Shown: positions 25,201 to 37,200 of the stretch, in pieces | How positions within the stretch are numbered: the stretch's first letter is position 1 | Layout: every line of letters starts with the position of its first letter | DNA from: Lytechinus pictus | Lineage: Eukaryota | Assembly: GCF_037042905.1 (NCBI RefSeq) | Contig: NC_087246.1 | Location: 66,650,001 to 66,714,000 of the forward strand | DNA: 64,000 bases | Direction: 5' to 3' | Notes under the pieces: generated by a model | Told to the model about the DNA's origin: nothing | The model's database searches: none | The model's input: the letters and a program-made list of their open reading frames with translations, nothing else | Position numbers and translations under genes: made by a program

Positions 25201-28200
25201 CAACTGGTATATGCAACCTTCAACCAAGGGTGTGAAGAACAATAATAATAATAATGATAGCTAGTTTTTATACAGTGCTTTTCCCATAATGGCCCAAAGC
25301 ACTTAACAGCATATTAATACCCCTGTCATTGGATTCATTTCAATCCCGCACAAAAAGTGCACAATATCCACTCCCTGGGGAGCATTCCTGCAATGAGCCA
25401 TCTAATAGCTTGATTTGTCATCTTAGACATTGATTGTTGTTGACTTAATTTGACTCGTAACTCAACCCAAGTATGACTTCATGACGTGGTTCAACTCTGC
25501 ATTCTTTTATTTATCTTTTGAGGAATTCTTTGTAACCGTTAGCGATCTTGGGCAATTTTCACTTTATATACGTCACAAACGTTTTAGACATTTTGGAGAA
25601 TAACACATGTCCCTATCAGATGTTTACAAACTAAAATTGCCATTCCTATCAAAGAAATGAAAACATTTTCTCTTTACAGAGATTTGAAGAAGCACTTTCA
25701 GCAAGAACGATACGTGTTGTCATCATGGAGGTGAGAGAATGTTTAAGTGACCTTAGTTTGGTTCCTCTTCTTCTCGTTTTAGAATTACATGTATAAAGAA
25801 GAAATGAAATTCCGACCCTGACTGAAAAGAAATGTCCTTGATTGGTCAAACTGTCTTCAAGTTTGAATATATGAATTTTGTGTTTTAGTGTTTTAATGGA
25901 TAAATATCCATCAAAGTGTAAATTTGGCTGTTGCATTAAAACACTAGAATAACAAAATTGGGACTGGTGTGTCAGACATGTAGACCTTAATTGAACGAAC
26001 ACAATCATATGTTACAACTTGAGAAGAAAATTAAGTCTCCATGATTTGTTACGTTGTTTCCGCACACACTTTCTCTCTCTCTCTACCCGCTCTTCCCTTT
26101 TCCTTTCTCTTGGTAATTTTCAAATATATTTTTGTATTTGTCGTAGAAAATAATCCGCTCTCAGAACATTGGAACAGAGATGACCCACCAGCTATACGTC
26201 TTCCAGCAATTGACCTTTAACCTTTTGGAGAAGCGTAGAATGACTCATATTGACACAAGTAGTACTGTAAGCATATTTCCTCTTTAGTTATAAGATTCTT
26301 ATTTTTAGTATTTTTTATTGAACATAATAAAAATAATAATAATAATAAGATTAATCGCTAGAGGGTATTCATTTGTCTCGCAATCTACTATGGTCAACAA
26401 GGAAATTCGTGATCACTCTCGCAAAAAGTGTTCACTGGCTTTCTAGGAAATTCGTGATCACTCTCGCAAAAAGTGTTCACTAGCTTACAAGTTCACGAGC
26501 TTTCGAGTGCCGCTGCAACTCTTTATCAAGTGACGAAAATTATCTGATGACGTACTCTATTTATACTAATCTCCAGGACCGTACGCACGAACGCGAGAAC
26601 AATAGGTGGGTATTGATCCGTTGCGTCGGTATGCGGCGCGGCCGGTAATCCGTAAACGCATTTCTGAACACAAGCGCGATGTTCGGTTACAGCGAACCGA
26701 CACATCCGCAGTGGCAGAACATGCTTGGGAGAAACAACACCACCCAGATTGGGAGGGTGTACATTGCATTGCCAAAGAGAGACATTGGTATACACGCAGG
26801 ATTAAGGAGGCTATTAGTATACGTCTTTGTCCTAACAACTTCAACAGAGACAGCGGGATCGACATCCCCGACTTCTGGATGCGAACCATCAGACAGCACA
26901 ATACCCCCTTGCCTGGCAGTGCACGCCGACCCGATCGTTCCCGGCCCCGAACGAGGGACCGCTCAGCTAGTCAGCCCCCGCCCACGGGAAACTAGCGAGC
27001 CCGCCAATTTTGTCTAATTTGCATATCGCCGACCCACGGCGTATTTGCATATACCCCCGGCTTATTTGCATATACGGATTACCGGCCGCGCCGCATACCG
27101 ACGCAACGGATCAATACCCACCTATTGTTCTCGCGTTCGTGCGTACGGTCCTGGAGATTAGTATAAATAGAGTACGTCATCAGATAATTTTCGTCACTTG
27201 ATAAAGAGTTGCAGCGGCACTCGAAAGCTCGTGAACTTGTAAGCTAGTGAACACTTTTTGCGAGAGTGATCACGAATTTCCTAGAAAGCCAGTGAACACT
27301 TTTTGCGAGAGTGATCACGAATTTCCTTGTTGACCATAGTAGATTGCGAGACAAATGAATACCCTCTAGCGATTATTTCAATCCGCAATAATGAACCTAT
27401 TTAGTATTAATAATAAGATTATTTCTATAGTGCCTTTTCTTGGGAAGGTACAAAGCACTTTACATATATATAAAATATTTTCAATGGAAGAAAACATAAA
27501 CATATACATAAATGCAAAAGGGAATTAAAGAACATTGAATGACCATTGCTGACAAGCAGGCGTTAATAGAAAAGATGTGTTTTTTTATTTTTCTTGAATA
27601 CATTGAGTGAAATTGCGATCTTTATAGTGTTGGGGAGATTGTTCCATTCTCTTGGAGCAGTGGCTAGGAAAGCTTGCTTGCCAGCATTGGTTCGACATCT
27701 TGGGATATGGATAACTTCATTGACATTAGACCTTAGATTATAACTAGATTGCTTTACATGAATAAGATCACACTTATATGTATAATAATAATCCTCTTTT
27801 ATATAGCGCTAATGCTTCGACGTCTCTAAGCGCTTTACAGATATATTATTACCTTGGTCATCAGATCCTGGCATGCCTGCATACAACGTAGTCACTTTCT
27901 CCACTCCCTGTGGAGCATTATAACAATTGCTAGACATGCTACATAGGCTTTCACATCCTACCGGGTACCCATTTAATACCTGGGTGGAGAGTGGCAAAGT
28001 GTGGATTGATGCCTTGTCAAAGGACTCTAGGCCATGGGGGATTCGAATACACACGACCCTTTGATTACAAGGCGAGAGTCAGAACAGCTACACTACAACG
28101 ATTCCACTAAAAATGAGGGTATGAGGGCAAATGACCATTAAGGGCTTTGAAAAAAGAGTGTAGCAGTCTTAAACTGGATTCTCTTTTGTACAGGTAACCA

Positions 28201-31200
28201 TTGCAGAGTGTTTAGTATGGGGAGTGTTCTTGGGCTGACAAAAGAAGAACACGATACGCTCCCTGGACGAAGACCTGGTGGAATACACAGAAAAACTCTA
28301 AGGGATACCACAGAAGAAAATGCCACTCTCCCAATCAACTGGAACTAAAACAAAGCCATTTTCTTTGCAATTGCTATAGTACTGCATTTGTCCTTTTTTG
28401 TTTGTCTCTGTTTTCACTGAAAGGCGACAATAATCTTTGATTTGCTTCAACAGAAACATAAAGAGTTCATTGAAGAACTGCGATCACATGCGTTTGGTCA
28501 CGATATGGATTCAACAAGGGGTCCTGCTAATGATTACAAGAGATTAGGCTTTCAGGTAAGGGCTAGGAGCTTTCTTGTATAATGTCTGAATGAGACTGAA
28601 ACTTCCTGTTTTCTTTTATGAAACTCTTAAGGGATGTTACAAGAAACTTACAATTGATCGCAAGTCAATTTCATGTCCCAAAATCAGTTGAAAGTCATTC
28701 ATTTCATTTCAAATTATGCAATAGATTGATGGTCTGATTCTTGCATCAACAAGTATGAATTCATATGTTTTAGGTAAAATTGATCTAAGACTTGTAAATT
28801 TTCATCTGAACATTTTGCAATTGATTGCAACTATTTTCTTAGATACATACAGTGTGGGAAAGTAATTATTAGACCGCTTTCTTACTAAGCTCCCATATGG
28901 TATGATCAAATAATGATATCCCAATCTTTACTAAAGTTGTTGAATTCACAATATATTGCGTGAGTTTAGATTTTGCAGATGTTGTCATGGAAAATCGGTA
29001 AAAATAAATCCCCTAGATATTTTCCTTGATAAAAGAGTAAAGTTAAGATATTTTATATTCACTAGTAAGTAATAGTTTGTTATATTACCCTCTTCAGAAT
29101 GCAGAACACCCTATCAAGGATTTCATGGAAGTCCCTCCAGGATTACTAGCCTTGGAGTGTACCACACACTTTGCCAATGAGCACAATGAGGATTACACAA
29201 GGGTAAGAATACCAGCTTTTTGATATTTTTATCACAGATGCATATATCAGCATTCAACAAGTAAATGGGCAATATGGCCGATATTATAAAAAAAATATTG
29301 TTTTTTGTTTCGTCATATTTTCTGTCAGAGTACTTGGTATCAATTTTTGGGGGAATTCATAGTGTTATATTGCCTTTTACTTGCCGAACAACGATGTAAT
29401 GTAGATGGCAAATATGAGTTACCTTGGACCAGGGAGGTGTGGGCATTATAACAGTAAGAGCATCAGAGAAAGTATAGTGTTTTAGTTTATTATTGAACAG
29501 GTGTTTATTTCTTATGAAATAGTAGAAATTGTAAAATATACTGGACATAATTCTTGCATTAAGATTAACAAATATTTGTTTCATTTACAATGTAATTCCA
29601 CTCAGTGTATCAGAATATATAGTGGATGAACCTAAAATACGCAAAATGGTCATTTGGTGAAGTTGGTAAAAGTAGGAAGACAGAATAGTCCAAATTTGCT
29701 GTGAACAAAATGACAATGGGCCAGAAGTAGGTTTGCAATACCTGATTAGATAATAATTAAATGATTATTGGACCATAAATACCAAATGATAATAGTCCAA
29801 ACATGCTGAGCTTAGACTAATGTTTAAATTTCACCTCCATAAAACAAGGATCCTTATATCTTATGGTAGTTTAGAAATTAACATGCCACTCTTTGTGCAT
29901 CATGGCTTCAAACAGTTAAATAAGGTAATGCATGTGCTAATGAACTCTAGTGAATTCAGAGATCCATGTTATTTGTTAACTTCCCAACGTAACCTATGAA
30001 TCACATGTCTTTCTTGAATGATCTTTTTCAGGTTGTGCTAGAAAACTGCTCTCGAGCAGATGAACATGAATGCCCCTTTGCCCGATCTAGCATCGCTCTT
30101 ACCAAAATGCTCTGTGAAATTCTCAGAGTTGGAGAATCACGTAAGTCATGAAATTATTGTTACCAGTTTTCAAGCTGTGAGGTGGATTTATGTCAATGGG
30201 GATATTTTTTCCACCCTTGAAGACCAGAATGGGCTGTGGGAGAAAATTTGTTTTTCATGTGGAATGATAATTCGATTGATTTAAAGGGGAAGTTTACCCT
30301 GACAAAAAGTTTATTGTAAAATAGCAAAAAAAATAAATAAATGAAAGTTTGAGAAAAATCCATCAAATAATAAAATAGTTGAAAGAATTTTAATTATTTG
30401 ATTTGTGAGGTCATATGTTAGTAGCTTTCCTACATATCGTATGGTAGAAAATCAATGAAATGTAATTTTTTCAGAAAATTGAAAATGGTTTTACTGCACC
30501 TTCAGTATATCAATATACAAATCATTTCACACCCATTTCTAAAAAGAAAACAAAAATAAGTCATCACAAACCATTAAAAAATTGAAATTCATGAATTTTA
30601 TATGACATATCATATGGGGTCGCTGCTTGCTTAGGACGTCACAAATAAAAAAAACTTTGAAATCTAATAATTTCTTAATCTTTAATGGATTTCCTCAAAT
30701 CTTTACCAATATTTTTTCATTATTTTTTCTGCAATTTTTACTACAAACTTTTCTTCAGGGTGAACTTCCCCTTTGATTATTATCATATTTTATAACCATT
30801 TCATGACTATTGGTTGATATTTTATTTTGATTCCAATGCTCTCCTTCGCACCCTATGCATCATTACCTTTTAAGAAATTTGTACTTTTATGCATGTTTCT
30901 ATTTTTTTGTAAATTTGTACAATTTGTACTTTTATGCATGTTTGTACTTTTGTAAACCACCTACTTATGTGGGCGTACCTATTGACTATCCCAGGAAACT
31001 GGTCTGTTTCTTTTCTGTGAAATCAAATAAATGGATGAAAATGCTGAATGAATAAATGAATGAATAAGTGAATAAAAAAAGTAAGCAACAACAAATAAAC
31101 AAATTAGATAAAGATTAAATGAATTATTGATTGAATGAATGAATGAATGAATAAATAAATAAATGAATTTATAGGTTAGGAAGTTAATACCTGTATATGA

Positions 31201-34200
31201 TTTTGTAGCATAGAATTCATTTATGTAATAACCGGTACACTTATGTTCTGTTTGTAGCCAATGAAACAGGAGCAGAGTACTATCCAATGTTCTTCTCCTG
31301 TGATAGTTCCTTTGAGGAATTCTTCTGTCAATGTATCAAGCTCTTCAACAAGACATGGAGAGAGATGAGGGCATCCCTGGAAGATTTCCCAAAGGTAGGA
31401 ACTTGTCTGGAATACTTTCATGTTACATTAGCTCTCATAGGCACATCGTGTTGTAGTAGGTTCGACTCTTATTTTACACTACAAATGGGTTGTGGTTTAT
31501 GTATCACAGTCATTGCATGTATTCCTTCAGCACGAATTGATCCATATTGTGCTGCACTCAACCCAGGTGAATTGAATAATGGGTACGCAGTAGTACTAAT
31601 TCCTTGAATGCACTTAGCGCTGCGGAAAAAGTGGTAGCTTCAGCTGCATCTGAGGTAATAATACTTACACATTGTCCTATGTAAAAAGCGCTATATAAAT
31701 CTAGCTATGATAAGTTGTTTCTTTCGAGTTTTATGTTTTCAGCTGGTAATCAGTAAGGCAAAAGAAAAAAAAAAGATGCTCTAAGATACTTTGATAGAAA
31801 TAATGATTTTCCACTTTTATCAAAAGATAAATTCTAGTTCTGGATATGATAATGAATGGAAGTAACTGTTTCATACTGATTGGAAAATATTGATATATGC
31901 TCTTGAGAATTAGCGTACATTAAAAATCTGGTGTAGTTGAAATACATGTGTATCTGCTTGATATATCTTTCATCTTGCTTGTTTTACATTCTTAAACGAT
32001 GTTATGTTTACAGGTCAAGTCGGTCCGATTAGAATTTCTGCCAATCTTGGAAATGTACTTGCCCTGAAATGTTTTTTACCAGTTTCAAGCCCTGCCAAGG
32101 TAATGAATGTTGTCCAGGACCAGATAAAGAGAGCCCTGAAGGAGCAAAAAAAGCCAAACACCTAGGAGAACTCCGACAAGATGCTTCATGAGCCCTTCCT
32201 ATGACCTTACCTCACCACCATGTTCTCAGCACTACTTTCATTGAAGTGTTGAATGTTCATAGTCATGGATGATATTGAAAAATATGATCAAGTGAAGAAT
32301 CATGGAGAATTCCGACAAGATGCTTCATGAACCCTTCCTATGACCTTACCTTACCACCTTGTTCTTTCTTTGTGTTTCCTTTCTAAGGTAATGAATGTTG
32401 TCCAGGACCAGATCAAGAGAGCCCTCAAGGTAAAGGAGCAGTACAAGCCAACCACCATGGAGAACTTCTGGTCCAAACTGCAGCACTTCAACTACAGTGA
32501 GATCCTCAAGCTCAGGCACCAGGAAAGGGACAACAAGGAAGAAGGCGCGGCCCAAGCCAGGCCAGTTGTGTAAGTTAAGTTAATTGATAAAAAAGAACAT
32601 TAGTATTAGATCTACTGACAAATCCTACACTAAGAGAATTCTGCTTCACCTTCAGCCTTATCTTTCAGTAAGGATCCATCTGGTACACCTTCTCTTCTAC
32701 TCCCCCTGTATCTTCGGAAACAAAGCTATCAAGGATAAAGAAAGTTGCTATGTAATCCAACATAGATGATGAGCATTTTGCTTTAAACTACCCAAATGTA
32801 AATAAACATCTCCCAAAAGTGGTGACAGTAGATTGTTTTGCCGTTAAAAACAAACCATTTTAGGGAAATTTATACCAGGCCACTGCAGGAAAATTGTCTT
32901 TATACATTAGACCTGTATAAGTGGTGGAAAAGTAGGAACCATTTATTGTTAAGGCATTCATCCTCATTACATTATTCTTCAGAATAATAAATATGAAAAT
33001 ATGAACCAGGATTCATTAGAGGATATTCATTTTGTTTGTTTCAAAAGGAGTTGCCAGATAATCATCAACAACATTAATTACTGCAATCATTCTTCAGGTG
33101 ATTAAGTAATGTTACAAGGAAGATCAGTATTTTCAATATATTATTATCCTATTCTTTTTTTGATACATGCATATATGTTCCTCTAGATCCCACTCTTAAA
33201 CAAATACTTTGTATATGTTTTTGCTTCAATTTTGCCTCTTCATGGGCTTTTGTTGCGCTCTAACATCAAATGTCTTTCATGACGGAATAAACCTGATTAG
33301 CCTTTTCATGTGATATAAGCTTATACATATCATCATTTTTTTGTGATTATTTTTCTATTTTTTGTCTGAATTTCAGAGACCTAAGGAATCAGATCAAGCC
33401 TGAAATGATAGAGCTAATCAGACAGCAAAGACTACGGTTCCTAGTTGAAGGAACCATGTTCAACAAATACAACCAAAGAGGACGTGCCCAAGGTCAGTAT
33501 GGCCCCCATTCAACAGAATGGAGACACTTGAAAGACCACCACAAGACTTAAAATTGGCAATGTTTTTCAGCAGTCTCCAAGATCACTGAAAAGGTGGTCT
33601 CTGTGGAATTGCTCTAAAAATTCCTGAAAGACCACTGAAAGATCAAGCAAATATCATGGTCTTTTAAGGTCTTTCAGTGGTCTTGTTCTCTGTGGAATGG
33701 GGATTTAATAAAGCCTAAGGAAACGGCCCCCTGGCATAAGACTAATTAAAAGTAGTTAAATTATGGTCCGACTCCCATGAAAAGATCTATGCAAGAGCTC
33801 ATGTGATATACCACACATGTTTTCTGGTAATGTATACGTGTTTATAGAAAATTCAGTATATGACAGTAGCATTCTGTACAATGCTAGAGACAATAGCACT
33901 GGCAGCTCCTTGCTCTGCTATTCACATCACTTCATATAGGCCTACTTATTGCTTAAACTTAAATTTTAACACACACCAAATTACTTTTGGAATTTACCCA
34001 TGTTCAAGAACATTATTTTGAATGCCACTGATTTGTGATGCATGCCTTAATCCAATCTTGTTCAAATAAACATCACTCATGTTAAAAATTTGCTGTTTGA
34101 TATCAATATGGTTTTATCAGGAAATCATTTAACTTTCAAATTTAATAAGCAATTTTAGCAGTTGGGAGATTTCAACACTGTTCTGTCAGTACATGCCTAT

Positions 34201-37200
34201 GTAAAGAAAAAAAACTTGCTACACTGGAGAAATTTATGTAGTTTATACAATTCATGCAAAAATTCATTACATATTACAATATATCAGGAAAATTGATCCC
34301 TGTATGTAGTAATTCTTAGTCCAGCTTACATAATAATTGAATTGTAAAATTTGCCACTAAATTCAGTGCTTTGTTACACAGTGCTTAGTATTGATGTCAT
34401 TGACCTTAATTTTTCAATAAATCCTAATAATCAATTGTATGATGAGTCGCTAAGCACTGTGTTAAGGCCCCCGGGACCAAGTTTATAATCATGTGTCTTG
34501 TTTTTTTTCTTTAGATCGATTTTGGTTCTGTCGTCTTTCACCTAATCATAAGATGATACATCATGGTGATATAGAAACTCACCAATCACCACCAAGCTAC
34601 GAAGCTCTCACCAACAAGAGTAAGAATTCTACAGAGATCATCAAACAAATATATTCCTTCCTACTAAAACAATGCCTCAAACTAAACTCAAAGCATTTTT
34701 TTTCAAAATGGCATTGTACAGGCGATTTCTTGTCTTCGTATCACTACTGTCATTAAAGATTTAGAAAGGAATCATAACATTAATTCTTCTTGAAAATTAT
34801 ATTATCTTTTATAGTACTGCCACAAAGAATTTTCTTGTTATGTTTATGTATATGAATATTGACTTTGTATTATAGCTTTACTTAGGACATTGATCTGATT
34901 TAATTAAATTTGTATGATCTGTAGATTATTATATGAAATTTATCAATTTGTATGATTTATGAGTAAATCATAAAAGTTATCCCTTCAAAGCATTTTGGTT
35001 CAAACTGCCTGGTAGTTGTGACTGTCACTATGTATTAATGAAAGGCTGTTCCACTTGTGCTACTTTGTTATTTTTTAAATGTTGAGGCCTTGATCCCAGC
35101 CATGGCATAATTTCCTTCGGCAAGAAATTTATCCACATTGTGCTGCACTCAACCCAGGTGAGGTGAATGGGTACCTGGCAGGAATTTATTCTTTGAAATG
35201 CATGTGCGCTGTAATCTTAGTAATTACGGCTGCCAAGCTACAGCTGGGGTAATAATATCCAAGTCCTTTGGAAGCGCATAGAGACATTATTCATAATTGT
35301 GATATGCGCTATACAAGAACTGTGTATTATTATTGTTATTATAATTACAGTTAATAGATATTGCATTTTATGTAATTTTAAAGTTAGCTATTGTACAAAT
35401 TGTTTTCCAAAAATAAATTTACTGCACTATAGTAAGTAGAGTAAGTTCTGCCTATTTTGGTTGTTGTTGATAAAATGGAAATCTCTTGGATGGGGTGTTA
35501 TTTATAGTTATCACATTAATGAGACAATGTTTAAACAAGATTTTATCTCTTTATTTTTTCAGTTGCTGTGGCTGATATTCAGGAGATCCAGACAGGGAAG
35601 GACTGCCAGCATGTCCGCAATGTCAGGGTATGTGAGCATTGCCTGAGGGAGTCCTGACATTGATCAGGATTCATGATCAGATCATTATGTTTGGATTACT
35701 CTGTTTTATGTTAATACAATAGAGTATTGGTTTAAACAGTGAATTCCAGAATACAAAATATTGCTGCCTAGGTCCATGAGATCCCATTAGGGAAAAACTT
35801 TTATCTTTTCTGCTATGTTAGAATAATTTAATGTTGTCAGAGAAGGATTCTTGACATATTCTACCCCATGTTCCATCTTTAATTCTTAGACAATACAATA
35901 AAGTTGGAGTACTAGTTGCATTTTCTTGATATATGATATGCAGATGAAAGGATTGTCAGCATGCCCGCATTTTCAGAGTAACATGAGTGATTGCCAGAGG
36001 AATTCCTGAAATGCGGTCATGCTATGATGTTGTAATAATCAGTCAGATTTTGTTTGTTTTGCCTGATTATCCAATGAGATTTTATTGAATTATTCACTAT
36101 TTCATCATTGATCTTATAGTCTACAAAATCAAATCCCAGTGATGAAGGAAGCTGTCATGTATCTAAGACATTTTATAAAACAAAGTTTTGAAGATTGATG
36201 CCAGTTGTGACAATTTTGAAATGAGTTCAAACAGAATCCAATAAAATGACCACCTTAAAGGGGAATCCAGCCTTGGCCATAAATTGTTGCGTTGGGAAGG
36301 AGAAAAATAAATAAATCAGAATGGTGAAAGTTTGAAAGAAATCAGACAAGCAATAAGAAAGTTATAGCTGCTTTAAAATTGAGATCACTAATACTATGTA
36401 GATTTCAAATTGGCAACTGGGTAATAAATTATGACAAGGGGCAAGGACAACTTTCCCATAGGCCATGTACTTTATTATCAGGGATTTGTGGTTTTCTCCT
36501 AAGTACCCATTCCCCTGGGGCAGTAATCTAGATATAACCCAGGTAGTACATTGTTTTATGTCCTCATGAAAGAAAAATATAATTTGAAATAAAACTTTTG
36601 GGAAAAATGACATTTTAGCCATAATATGTATTAGAGTACATGGAAGAGTAGTCCTTGCCTTACATCACTATGACATCCCATATGCGGCCAATTTGAAGTC
36701 TCCATGGGTATAGTGATTACCAATATTTACAACTTTTAAAAATTCATAACTTTCTTGTTGTTTGTAAAATATTGTTCAAACTTTCACCTATCAACTTGTC
36801 TGATTTTTCTTTTCCTTATAAAAACAAGTTTTTATTTGGGTTGGATTCCCCTTTAATGTTTATATGTATGAAATCAGTGTTTACTGTAACTACATTTATC
36901 TTTAAGCCTTAATTAACTCAATTTTGTCCAAGCTTCTAGAGCAGAGTCTGTTATATCAATATTATTGATATTATTTGTAGGTTGATGGTAGCTTAGCCTT
37001 CTCCATCTTACATCAGCTAGACCATCGTCTAGATTTCATCGCCAGGTCACAAGAGATGGTGAGTACGGAATGCCTTCCATAATTGCACCGTCAGAAGCAC
37101 ATGTTAACACATTGCCAGTTCATCCTCGGCAAAGCCCATTTAGCCTCCACATAACCAGATCATCTTCACCATCATCATTACTAGCACTAATCATCACCAC

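Larger units (their letters stand above)
26354..27407 (+). mobile_element. 5'-truncated Penelope-like retroelement: GIY-YIG endonuclease C-terminus, pseudo-LTR and an inverted pseudo-LTR copy
   Basis: [10 protein letters not shown]...SAVAEHAW...[10 protein letters not shown]...NFNRDSG (~26657-26900) is typical of the PLE GIY-YIG tail. 26352-26654 is the reverse complement of 27073-27375. TSD-like TAATAATAAGATTA at 26340-26353 and 27408-27421. Confidence 0.88.

Noticed and set aside
26606-26995. Standalone 129-aa host gene
   Set aside because: It is a chimera of the inverted pseudo-LTR and a truncated PLE endonuclease tail, lacking the GIY-YIG N-terminal motifs and RT.
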